IMG/VR virus record: IMGVR_UViG_3300046167_000317
Location: 1-61,626 of that record
Length of the DNA: 61,626 nucleotides
Strand: one strand, 5' to 3'
Origin: a virus
Lineage: Duplodnaviria; Caudoviricetes
Part shown: positions 26,886 to 36,552 of the stretch, one piece after another
How the letters are laid out: every line of letters starts with the position of its first letter
Position numbering within the stretch: the stretch's first letter is position 1
Made by a program: the position numbers and the translations under genes
Notes under the pieces: generated by a model
Seen by the model: the letters and a program-made list of their open reading frames with translations, nothing else
Databases searched by the model: none
What the model was told of the DNA's origin: nothing

Positions 26886-28310
26886 ATGGCCGCAGCAGGT
26901 TCATTTACGGGTAGCGCAGGTGCATTAGCACACTTAACGCCACGCCCAACACAAACATTATTTAACGACAACTATCTAACTCTTGCAGATTTAGATTTTA
27001 CACAGCAGTTTTTACCAGAAGTATATGAAAAAGAAGTAGAGCGTTACGGAAACCGTACGATCTCAGGATTCTTACGTATGGTAGGTGCTGAAATGCCTAT
27101 GGCTTCTGACCAAGTAGTTTGGTCTGAGCAAGGAAGATTACACGTTGCATACGACCCGGTAGTAACAACTACAACTACAGTAACAATCCCAGCTGGTGCA
27201 GGGGGCGTTAACCAAAATGTTATTGGCCCAGGAGCTACAATTGTAGTATCTTCAGCTGATGGACTAGTTGTAGAGAAAGCTTATGTTCAAGCAGTAGCTG
27301 CTCCAGTAGCAGGCGCTGTAGAATTAACAGTAGTTGGTTATGCCGCTGCAACAATCACAGCTCACGCTGCTGGTAAAGTATTTGTATATGGTTCTGAATA
27401 TGCGAAAGGAACTTCTAACGCAGGTACTTCTATTGATGCTGCTTTCGAACAGTTTAATAACAAACCAATTATCCTTAGAGATAAGTACAATGTAAGCGGT
27501 TCTGATACTGCTCAAATTGGATGGGTTGAAGTTACTACTGAAGCTGGAACATCTGGTTACTTATGGTACTTAAAATCTGAGCACGAAGCACGTATTCGTT
27601 TTGAAGATCAATTAGAAATGGCTATGATCGAAGCTGAAAAAGCTGCTACTCCAATTACTCCAGCTGCTGGACTAGGTGGTGGAACTGAGCTTACAGGTTC
27701 TGACGGACTTTTTGCTGCTCTTGAAAATAGAGGCCTTGTTTATACAGACGCTAACTTTGGAGGCGCTGCTGGATTAGACGATTTTGACCTTATCTTACAG
27801 GAGCTTGACAAGCAAGGAGCTATTGAAGAAAACATGCTCTTCCTAGATCGTGGAACTTCTTTGGGTATTGACAATATGTTGGCACAGCAAAATTCTTATG
27901 GTACTGACGGTACTTCTTATGGAGTATTTGATAACTCTTCAGATATGGCGCTTAACTTAGGGTTTAGCGGATTCCGTAGAGGATCTTACGATTTCTATAA
28001 GACTGACTGGAAATACTTAAACGATGCTACTACTCGTGGATTAGTTGGAGATGTTGAGGGTGTTATTGTACCAGCAGGAACTTCTACAGTTTACGATCAG
28101 CAATTAGGAAAAAATATTTCACGACCATTCTTACACATCCGTTATAGAGCTTCTGAAGCTGACGACCGTAAGATGAAGTCTTGGATTACTGGATCCGTTG
28201 GTGGAAACTATACAAGCGACGAAGATGCAATGAACGTTCATTTCTTATCAGAAAGATGTTTATGCGTACAAGGAGCTAACAACTTTGTATTGTTGAAAAA
28301 AGCAAGCTAA
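26886..28310 (+). CDS. Major capsid protein
   Basis: Position and size, strong codon bias, followed by a terminator; QFLPEVYEKEVERYG and GFRRGSYDFYK motifs. Confidence 0.88.
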   Translation: MAAAGSFTGSAGALAHLTPRPTQTLFNDNYLTLADLDFTQQFLPEVYEKEVERYGNRTISGFLRMVGAEMPMASDQVVWSEQGRLHVAYDPVVTTTTTVTIPAGAGGVNQNVIGPGATIVVSSADGLVVEKAYVQAVAAPVAGAVELTVVGYAAATITAHAAGKVFVYGSEYAKGTSNAGTSIDAAFEQFNNKPIILRDKYNVSGSDTAQIGWVEVTTEAGTSGYLWYLKSEHEARIRFEDQLEMAMIEAEKAATPITPAAGLGGGTELTGSDGLFAALENRGLVYTDANFGGAAGLDDFDLILQELDKQGAIEENMLFLDRGTSLGIDNMLAQQNSYGTDGTSYGVFDNSSDMALNLGFSGFRRGSYDFYKTDWKYLNDATTRGLVGDVEGVIVPAGTSTVYDQQLGKNISRPFLHIRYRASEADDRKMKSWITGSVGGNYTSDEDAMNVHFLSERCLCVQGANNFVLLKKAS

Positions 28311-28329
28311 GAGTAAATTAATGTAATTT

Positions 28330-28368
28330 TTACCCTCGTTGTACTGACGGGGGTAATTATTACTTTTT
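28330..28368 (+). terminator. Intrinsic terminator after the capsid gene
   Basis: TTACCCTCGT / ACGGGGGTAA stem followed by a T-rich tract. Confidence 0.7.
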
Positions 28369-28393
28369 ATCAATTATTTAATTATATTATATC

Positions 28394-29221
28394 ATGGCTA
28401 AAAAAGCTACAGCAGAAACAGTTGAGGTTGCGCCTCAAAAAGCAGCGGTTAAAACCGCACCAGTTCAAAAAGCACCGGCTAAACCAGTGTTTGAATTTAA
28501 AGATAGAACTTATTATATTGCTACAGGAAAATCACCTTTAGTATATACCATACCTTCTAGGCACAGTCAGCGAAAACCTTTACTGTATTTTGACAACGAA
28601 TTAGGTTATGCACGGGAGCTTCGCTATGCAACTAACCAGCCTTCTCCATTAGTTGATGAACAAAAAGGAGAAGTTACATTAGGTAGAATTGTTTTTAGAA
28701 ACGGTACGTTAACGGTAAGAAAAGAAGACGTTGCTTTACAAAAGTTGTTATCTATATATCACCCTTTTAAAGACAAGATATACAAAGAACTAGATCCGGT
28801 ACAAGATTCTGTTAATGAATTAGATTGGATTGAATACGAATTAGAAGCTTTAACAGCTGCTAAAAGTATGGATATTGATTACGCGGAAGCAATATTAAGA
28901 TCTGAGTTTGGAGAAAAAGTTACAAAATTATCTTCAAGCGAATTAAAAAGAGATTTGATGATCTTTGCAAAAAGAAATCCTATCTTATTTATGGAATTAG
29001 CTAACGATGATTCAATCGAGCTAAGAAACATAGGAGCTAAAGCCGTTGAAGCCGGCATATTAAAACTTTCTGGAGATCAACGTACATTTACATACGGCGA
29101 TGGAAACAGAAAATTAATGACAGTTCCTTTTGATGAGCATCCTTATTCTGCATTAGCATCTTTCTTTAAGACTGATGATGGAATGGAAGTTTACAAAACA
29201 ATTTTAAAAAGACTTAAATAA
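28394..29221 (+). CDS. Conserved hypothetical protein downstream of the capsid gene
   Basis: ORF track; RELRYATNQ.S motif. Confidence 0.7.
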   Translation: MAKKATAETVEVAPQKAAVKTAPVQKAPAKPVFEFKDRTYYIATGKSPLVYTIPSRHSQRKPLLYFDNELGYARELRYATNQPSPLVDEQKGEVTLGRIVFRNGTLTVRKEDVALQKLLSIYHPFKDKIYKELDPVQDSVNELDWIEYELEALTAAKSMDIDYAEAILRSEFGEKVTKLSSSELKRDLMIFAKRNPILFMELANDDSIELRNIGAKAVEAGILKLSGDQRTFTYGDGNRKLMTVPFDEHPYSALASFFKTDDGMEVYKTILKRLK

Positions 29222-29229
29222 GTCACTAA

Positions 29230-29272
29230 TTATAGTAGCTAGGCCGCTATAATGGTGGCCTAATTACTATAA
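29230..29272. other. Long intergenic hairpin (processing or termination site)
   Basis: TTATAGTAGCTAGGCCGCTA / TGGTGGCCTAATTACTATAA; no U-tract on the + strand. Confidence 0.6.
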
Positions 29273-29291
29273 ATAATAAAAAAATATACAA

Positions 29292-30023
29292 ATGGCAATA
29301 AGCGTGGATAGTGTTTACCAGCGGGTGCTTGGCATACTTAATAAAGAACAAAGAGGCTATGTAACAGCTCAGGAATTTAACTTATTTGCTAACCAAGCGC
29401 AAGAAGATTTATTCGAACAATACTTTTACGATATAAACCAATTTGGTAGAATACCAGGTAATAGTACGGAGTATTCAGACATGCTAAATTTACTTAACGA
29501 AAAGATTAACATATTTGAAACTTCAGCGCAACCAACTCGTACAGGAAACTTTTTTGACGAGCCAACTGATCTATATAGATTAGGAACAGTGGTATATAAA
29601 AATACAACAACAAATTCCTTCGGTGTATCATCTACAGAAAGCATTGAAGCAGAGCGTATTAACGCTAACGAGTTTTTATATATAAACTCATCCCCATTAA
29701 CAAAACCTAAAAACGTCAGACCTGTATTTGTAGCAAACACAAATGGAATCAGAGTTTATGGTAACAGCGAGATAACAGATGTTGCTGAAGTAGAGTTTCA
29801 ATATATAAAGAAACCATCTAAGGTTCAATGGGCTTACCAAATAGTATTTGACGAACCATTATATGATGCAGCTAATTCAGTTAATTTTGAATTGCACCCG
29901 TCAGATGAAACAGAGCTTGTGATTAAAATATTAGAATTATCAGGCATATTAATAAAAGATCTTAACTTGTATCAAGTTATGAATCAAGAAGAGCAAGAAA
30001 CTATCCAACAAGAAAAATCATAA
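29292..30023 (+). CDS. Head-tail adaptor / tail ring protein
   Basis: Position; NKEQRGY..EFN.FAN.AQ and YIKKP motifs. Confidence 0.6.
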   Translation: MAISVDSVYQRVLGILNKEQRGYVTAQEFNLFANQAQEDLFEQYFYDINQFGRIPGNSTEYSDMLNLLNEKINIFETSAQPTRTGNFFDEPTDLYRLGTVVYKNTTTNSFGVSSTESIEAERINANEFLYINSSPLTKPKNVRPVFVANTNGIRVYGNSEITDVAEVEFQYIKKPSKVQWAYQIVFDEPLYDAANSVNFELHPSDETELVIKILELSGILIKDLNLYQVMNQEEQETIQQEKS

Positions 30024-30026
30024 CAT

Positions 30027-30947
30027 ATGGGTTTAATAAATCAAACAGACGAACAATACTACTTAGGCCCAGATAATGTTTGGAACAGTTGGGATGAAGA
30101 TTATGGTAACTACCAATTTACCAGTATTAAAGATATTATAAATAACTTTATTATATCATATGTAGGTGAAGAAAAAATAATACCTAAAGTTAAAAGAACA
30201 GACGTAGCGTTTCATGCGCAACGAGGCATACAAGAGTTCAGCTTTGATATACTGCCTTCAGTTAAATCTGCTGAGATTGAAATAGGACCTAATTTAAACT
30301 TCGTATTACCTAAAGACTATGTAAACTATGTAAAACTAGTTTGGGTTGATTCTAACGGTATAGAACGCGTTGTATATCCAGCTCAGCACACTAGCAATCC
30401 ATTCCCAATACTACAAGACAATAATTACGAATATCTTTTTGACGAACAAGATCAAGAAATAATATCTGCACAGTCTTCGGAAACAAAGAAAAGATTTGAA
30501 TCTACAAGCCGTAATGAAGTTAATAATAACCTAGATAATTTAGACAATAAATTAGATGGAGGATATTACTTTAATCACTTCGGCAGACGCTATGGCCTTT
30601 CGCCACAACAAGCTCAAACTAATGGGGTTTTTTATATAGATCAACTTCAGGGAATTATATTCTTTGATTCTTCATTTGTTGGAAAAATAGTTACATTAAA
30701 ATATATCTCAGACGGCCTTGGCACTGACGAAGAAATGGTTGTGCATAAATTTGCGGAAGAAGCTTTATATAAATATATAGCTTACGCTGTTTTATCTACA
30801 AGAGCAAACACACCTGAATATTTAGTATCACGCTTTAAGAGAGAAACCTCTGCAGCTAAAAGAAATGCTAAAATAAGATTATCAAATATTAAAATTGAGG
30901 AGATTACACAAGTTATGCGTAATAAATCCAAAGTAATAAAACACTAA
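30027..30947 (+). CDS. Tail ring/tubular protein
   Basis: LPKDYVNYVKL and YISDGL motifs; position. Confidence 0.6.
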   Translation: MGLINQTDEQYYLGPDNVWNSWDEDYGNYQFTSIKDIINNFIISYVGEEKIIPKVKRTDVAFHAQRGIQEFSFDILPSVKSAEIEIGPNLNFVLPKDYVNYVKLVWVDSNGIERVVYPAQHTSNPFPILQDNNYEYLFDEQDQEIISAQSSETKKRFESTSRNEVNNNLDNLDNKLDGGYYFNHFGRRYGLSPQQAQTNGVFYIDQLQGIIFFDSSFVGKIVTLKYISDGLGTDEEMVVHKFAEEALYKYIAYAVLSTRANTPEYLVSRFKRETSAAKRNAKIRLSNIKIEEITQVMRNKSKVIKH

Positions 30948-30950
30948 TAT

Positions 30951-33900
30951 ATGGCAGAGTTTGTGCATGTTTTCCAAGCAGGGAGAATGAACAAAGACCT
31001 TGACGAACGTTTAGTTCCGAATGGAGAATATAGAGACGCTTTAAATTTAGACTTAGCAAATTCCGACGCAAGTGATGTTGGCGCTATGCAAAATATTGCG
31101 GGCACAATAGAACTTAGAGATAAGGTTGGGACAGGTGCTACTTGGACTGGTGGCTATATAGACGCTATGACAAACCCTGTTTGTATTGGATCTTATAGAG
31201 ATGATATAAACGAAAGAATATATTGGTTTATAGCAAGTGATGGTATTAGCGCAATTGCAGAATACGATCAAACAAAAAATGAAGTTAGCCCTGTATTAGT
31301 AGACACTGCAGGTATTTTAAATTTTTCATCTGATTATTTAATTACAGGTATAAATATACTTGATAAGTTTTTATTTTGGACAGACGATCAAACTGAGCCA
31401 AAGAAAATTAATATTGAAAAGTTTAAAACAGGTTCTACTAATTTTGTTACTCAAACTAAAATCCCTAAGTGGGATGCAGAGCAAAATAATTACAACGTAA
31501 ACCTGTCAGGACAACCCGACTTTGTTGAAACAGATATCACTGTTATTAAACTATCTCCATTAGATGCTCCTACTTTTAATGCGGCAAATTCTAAATTTGG
31601 AAATAATGTTATTGGAACTGGCACTACGCCTGCAACGACTAGATTTAATAACGAGGATTTATATAACTTTACCTATGTTCCAGACACAATATCTTTTCCT
31701 ACAAGATATGCTTCTTATCCTACATATGGTGAATATTTAGAACAAATAGAATCTGGCGGTAATTATTTAGATAGTTCCTTTAATGACCCCGTTAACAATC
31801 CAAATTATGACGCTACATATGGTTGGAATGGATTAATTACTTTTGTTACAGATCAATTAGTCACTGTTTGGGACACTGAAGATAATGATATATTAGTACT
31901 AGAGGGCGAATTTAATAATGAATTTGGGCAAGTTGAAAACTATGCTTTACAAATAAAAATAACCCAAATAAACAATACGGAAATAACGGGTCAAATACAA
32001 GCTATATCTACTGATATAATTAGAAGCATAGACGCCGAAGGCGTTAGCACTCCTCTGCAATGGGAAGTTACCTTGCAAGAAAAAGACCCTATGTTTGAAT
32101 ATGTTTTTCCTAGATTTGCTTATAGATGGAAATATATTGATGGTGAATATTCTTGTTTTTCTCCTTTTTCGGAAGTTGCTTTTATTGGAGATGAGTTTGA
32201 ATACGTTTCTTCCGATGGGTACAATATAGGCATGACTAATAACATCAGGAAACTTGCAATAGAATCCCTGCAATGGGGATCTGAGGAAGTTGATGAGCTT
32301 GATATATTATATAAAGAATCAAACAGCACAGCTGTATATGTCGTAGATACTTTAAAGCTGAAAGATTACACCCCGTATACTTTAACGCCTCTACCTACTT
32401 CTTATAATGTTAAAACTGAACTAATCACAAAATTAGTTGAATCTAATCAAATATTAAGACCATGGGATAATGTTCCGCGCAAAGCTAAAGCTCAGGAAAT
32501 AATTGGCAATAGAATAGTTTATGGCAATTATTTGCAAAACTATACTTTAAATAATACGATTAAGCTTGGTTTAACATTGTTTTCTAATATTCATCCCGGC
32601 ACGCTACCTTCTGAAATCGATCCTGCTACTGGGATTGGAACGCCAAATCCAAATATAAGAATGCCTTACAAGTCTTTAAAGTCTATACGAACCTACCAGC
32701 TAGGAGTATTATTTAAAGATCAATACGGAAGAGAAACACCTATATTTACAAGTGAAGAAGCTGGCTTGCAGATAGACGCAAATGAAGCCTCTTCTATAAC
32801 TCAGCTACAAGCAACCCCTATATCACCTCCCCCGTTTCCTGAAGCAACTCATTATAAGTTTTTTATAAAAGAAACAGCAAATGAATATTATAACTTAGCT
32901 TTAGATAGATTTTACTTAGCAGAAGACGGTAATGTTTGGCTGTCTTTCCCTTCTTCTGAAAGAAATAAAGTTGACGAAGAAACATATCTGATATTAAAAA
33001 AGCAGCACGATAATGATGTTGCTGTAACGTCTGAAAATAGATACAAAATACTATCTATAGCAAATGAAGCACCGGATTTTATATCAAGATTTGATGCTTT
33101 CGTAGCGTCATCTTCTGTTACGCTGCTCAACGAAATAGAGCCTGGTTTTTTACAAATTAAATTTACAGGGCCTAATAATGAAACAAATTCTAGTTTTAGA
33201 GAAAACTTAAACTCTTCCGCTAAAATAGTTATAAAATACTTAGGGCAAAGTACTCAAAAATATGATTTACAATCCGCAGAAATTAGCGGTTCAGGTGGAA
33301 CAACTTATACTTTAAGATTTGAAGCAGCATTGGGAGCTGAAGTTCCCGTAATTGCAGACGGCACATCTAATGTAATTATAGAGATATACCAAGAAGAAAC
33401 TAAAAATTTGCCAGAATTTGAAGGAAGATTTTTCGCAAAAATAAATAGAAACTTTGGTTTTGATACAAATATTATATCATCTTTTAAAGCTTTAGCTCCT
33501 CAATACGCTGTTAAAGACGAAATAGATTTTACAAAAGCTTTGCAGCCATTAACTAGCGGCGCTGGCGGTGTTGATGGCTATTATTATGGAGACGAAGGGA
33601 GTAATCACGTAAAAGGTGACTTAAGCGGTGTAACAGGATGTAATGGAAATGCTAGTGCAAGGTACTTAAAGGGTGTTAATGGTTGGGGAGGCCAGGGAAT
33701 TAGCGCTTACGCTAATGATGGCTATCAGCCCCCCACTAATGGATCTAATGTTTTTGGTTTTCAGTATTTGAATGCCCCAATAAACAGTCGTATAGATGAT
33801 ATGGTAGGTGTATCGGCAGCAATGTGGGGAACGCGCTCGCCTCTTAGCGGATATATAGCCCCCGGGGCCCAAATTAGGTTTAAATTTAAAAACGGGTCTT

Positions 33901-36536
33901 ACTCTGATATATATATAGTAGATCAATCTATAGGTAGATCCACGTATAGAGGGGCTGAGTCTCCTAAATTTGTAAATCCACTTGAGGGGTTTACTTGTAA
34001 TGATCGAAATGCACAATGGAATTATAGATACGGCTGTACAGTTACTCTTACAAAGCCATTAAATGAACCTTTAATGCCGTCAGCGGGAGATTGGGCTCAT
34101 CTTCAAGAGGTTTTGCCTAGCATACAAGTGGTTGAAGCAATAACCAGCGATAATAACAAGCTTTTATCTTCTTCAAACCCAGCTATATTTGAAACGGAAC
34201 CTAAAGAAGCTGTTGATTTAAACTTGTTTTATGAGGCAAGCAACGCTATTCCAATAGCAAACTATAATACACCAAACCAGTTAATAAATTGGTTTAACTG
34301 TTATTCTTATGGAAATGGGGTTGAATCAAACAGAATTAGAGATGACTATAACGCTGTTACTATAGATAAAGGACCTAAAGTGTCTACTGTATTGGATGAG
34401 CCATATGCAGCTGAACGGAGAGGTAGTGGATTTATATTTTCACAAATATACAACTCTACATCTGGAATAAATAGATTAAACCAGTTTATACAAGCAGAGC
34501 CAATTACTAAAGACCTTAATCCTATATATGGAACAATACAGAAGCTACACGCTAGAGATACTGATTTAATATCTTTATGTGAAGACAAGTGCTTGCGCGT
34601 ATTAGCTAATAAGGACGCTTTATTCAACGCGGATGGTAATTCTAATGTAACATCTAATCAAGCGGTGTTAGGTCAAGCTGTGCCTTACGCAGGGGAGTTT
34701 GGTATATCTAAAAACCCAGAATCTTTTGCGTCTTATGGCTTTAGAGTATACTTTACTGATAAGAACAGAGGAGCCGTAATAAGATTATCCAGAGACGGAA
34801 TTACTAATATTGCTGATAAAGGTATGTCAAGTTTCTTTGCGGACAACTTAAGAACATCTACTACTGCTGTAGGCAGCTATGACGATGATAAGGATATATA
34901 CAACCTTACATTGAATAATTTATCTAACTATTGGCAGAAAAGGTTAAGCCTTGACGCTAATTACCAACTAGACCCAGACTGCGAAGATGCTCCCAATAGC
35001 TTAGTACCTAGCACAACGGTATCGTTTAAAGAAAGCGTTGATGGTTGGACAAGCAGAAAAAGCTTTATACAAGAATCAGGTGTAACTTTAAATAACATAT
35101 ATTATACATTTAAAAACGGTCGCGTGTGGGCGCACGGGTTCAATACTCTTTATAATAATTTTTACGGCGTTCAATATGATAGTTCATTTAATGTTTTAAT
35201 AAATGAAATGCCACAGGTAGTAAAAGGCTTTAGTACTTTAAATTATACAGGTACAACCTCTAGAGTACTTGAGTACGAAGGGCCAAATGAAAAATGGTAT
35301 TCTATAGCAGAAGTTAATGCTAATCAAATAATACCTATAGCAGAACAAATAAAAACCCACGGCTGGTACACAAGCTTTATTAGAACAGATCTTGAAGCAG
35401 GCGAGGTTAAAGAGTTTCAAAAGAAAGAAGGCAAATATTTTAATTATATAAAAGGAACCTTAATTGGTTGTGAGCCAAAAGGAAATGGAATAGGGCCTTG
35501 TTTAGACTGCGGGGATGATACGCCTCAAGACTATTTATTGACTGTTACGATAGATGAAACTTGTAGTAGCTCTGGAACAGTAACTCCAGATACATTATTT
35601 ACTGGTTGGTACAATTGGAATTATAAAGGAGCCGTCGACGGCAATATAGTAAATGAGATAACCGCACAAAATGCAAAGTGTATTATAGATAATTTTTATA
35701 CACTTCCTAGCGGGAGTTCCGTTACTTATTCAGCAGTAACTGTTGATAATGAAGATTTTATGTATGTTTTTGCAGACGGAATCAACCCAGGTACACAAAT
35801 ATATGACAATAATACTTTAGAACCTTTAGCTAGATCAGGTACTTATTTATATATAAAAAATCCTCCCGGAGCTATTCCTAATCACCCAGCCCTTGATCCA
35901 AATAACCCGGCTGATGTTCCAGGCTCATATTTTATAGTGATATGGGGTAATGACGGGATTATAACCTCCGTTACACAGTATAACACACTCTCAGCCTGTC
36001 TTCCAGAGCCTGATGTAACAGGCGTAATGACGTTGCAGTCAGTTTTTGCTGATTTAGGTGACCCTCCGGTCCCACCCGGTGATTGGAATCTATACCTTAC
36101 TTTTGACACAGACACTGAAGCTCCCATTGCCACTAGACTAGCTAATTTAGTGTGTTTATATAAAAATAGAAACGCAGAGGTTAGTGCAGTACTAGCAAGC
36201 CCCACCGGAGATCTTGGAGGGTTTGGAGGATCAACAATGTACTTTGGTTTGTTTTCAAATCAAAATCCACACGGGAACCAAGTAGGCATAGGTACTAGAT
36301 TATACCACAAACCGTCGAGTACAGCAGATTATGAACCTTGGTCTAGGAATTTTCGTTATTTAGCTATTCATGACGCCTCTAACAACCTTGCCCCTTCTGC
36401 TGGTTTTTATAATCTTCAACCTCCGCAATCTGGAACGGTATCAGATGATATTAAAATTTTAGAAATAGATGAAAATGGATATGTAATAAGCATAACCCAA
36501 TGGAATACCTTAACTGATTGCCCAACCCCTCCTTAA
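30951..36536 (+). CDS. Tail nozzle / stabilization protein with C-terminal appendage repeats
   Basis: MNKDLDERLVPNGEYRDALN, LFWTD..EPKKIN, GEFGISKNPESF, YFTDKNRGAVIRLSRDG. Confidence 0.75.
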   Translation: MAEFVHVFQAGRMNKDLDERLVPNGEYRDALNLDLANSDASDVGAMQNIAGTIELRDKVGTGATWTGGYIDAMTNPVCIGSYRDDINERIYWFIASDGISAIAEYDQTKNEVSPVLVDTAGILNFSSDYLITGINILDKFLFWTDDQTEPKKINIEKFKTGSTNFVTQTKIPKWDAEQNNYNVNLSGQPDFVETDITVIKLSPLDAPTFNAANSKFGNNVIGTGTTPATTRFNNEDLYNFTYVPDTISFPTRYASYPTYGEYLEQIESGGNYLDSSFNDPVNNPNYDATYGWNGLITFVTDQLVTVWDTEDNDILVLEGEFNNEFGQVENYALQIKITQINNTEITGQIQAISTDIIRSIDAEGVSTPLQWEVTLQEKDPMFEYVFPRFAYRWKYIDGEYSCFSPFSEVAFIGDEFEYVSSDGYNIGMTNNIRKLAIESLQWGSEEVDELDILYKESNSTAVYVVDTLKLKDYTPYTLTPLPTSYNVKTELITKLVESNQILRPWDNVPRKAKAQEIIGNRIVYGNYLQNYTLNNTIKLGLTLFSNIHPGTLPSEIDPATGIGTPNPNIRMPYKSLKSIRTYQLGVLFKDQYGRETPIFTSEEAGLQIDANEASSITQLQATPISPPPFPEATHYKFFIKETANEYYNLALDRFYLAEDGNVWLSFPSSERNKVDEETYLILKKQHDNDVAVTSENRYKILSIANEAPDFISRFDAFVASSSVTLLNEIEPGFLQIKFTGPNNETNSSFRENLNSSAKIVIKYLGQSTQKYDLQSAEISGSGGTTYTLRFEAALGAEVPVIADGTSNVIIEIYQEETKNLPEFEGRFFAKINRNFGFDTNIISSFKALAPQYAVKDEIDFTKALQPLTSGAGGVDGYYYGDEGSNHVKGDLSGVTGCNGNASARYLKGVNGWGGQGISAYANDGYQPPTNGSNVFGFQYLNAPINSRIDDMVGVSAAMWGTRSPLSGYIAPGAQIRFKFKNGSYSDIYIVDQSIGRSTYRGAESPKFVNPLEGFTCNDRNAQWNYRYGCTVTLTKPLNEPLMPSAGDWAHLQEVLPSIQVVEAITSDNNKLLSSSNPAIFETEPKEAVDLNLFYEASNAIPIANYNTPNQLINWFNCYSYGNGVESNRIRDDYNAVTIDKGPKVSTVLDEPYAAERRGSGFIFSQIYNSTSGINRLNQFIQAEPITKDLNPIYGTIQKLHARDTDLISLCEDKCLRVLANKDALFNADGNSNVTSNQAVLGQAVPYAGEFGISKNPESFASYGFRVYFTDKNRGAVIRLSRDGITNIADKGMSSFFADNLRTSTTAVGSYDDDKDIYNLTLNNLSNYWQKRLSLDANYQLDPDCEDAPNSLVPSTTVSFKESVDGWTSRKSFIQESGVTLNNIYYTFKNGRVWAHGFNTLYNNFYGVQYDSSFNVLINEMPQVVKGFSTLNYTGTTSRVLEYEGPNEKWYSIAEVNANQIIPIAEQIKTHGWYTSFIRTDLEAGEVKEFQKKEGKYFNYIKGTLIGCEPKGNGIGPCLDCGDDTPQDYLLTVTIDETCSSSGTVTPDTLFTGWYNWNYKGAVDGNIVNEITAQNAKCIIDNFYTLPSGSSVTYSAVTVDNEDFMYVFADGINPGTQIYDNNTLEPLARSGTYLYIKNPPGAIPNHPALDPNNPADVPGSYFIVIWGNDGIITSVTQYNTLSACLPEPDVTGVMTLQSVFADLGDPPVPPGDWNLYLTFDTDTEAPIATRLANLVCLYKNRNAEVSAVLASPTGDLGGFGGSTMYFGLFSNQNPHGNQVGIGTRLYHKPSSTADYEPWSRNFRYLAIHDASNNLAPSAGFYNLQPPQSGTVSDDIKILEIDENGYVISITQWNTLTDCPTPP

Positions 36537-36552
36537 AATAAAATAATATATT

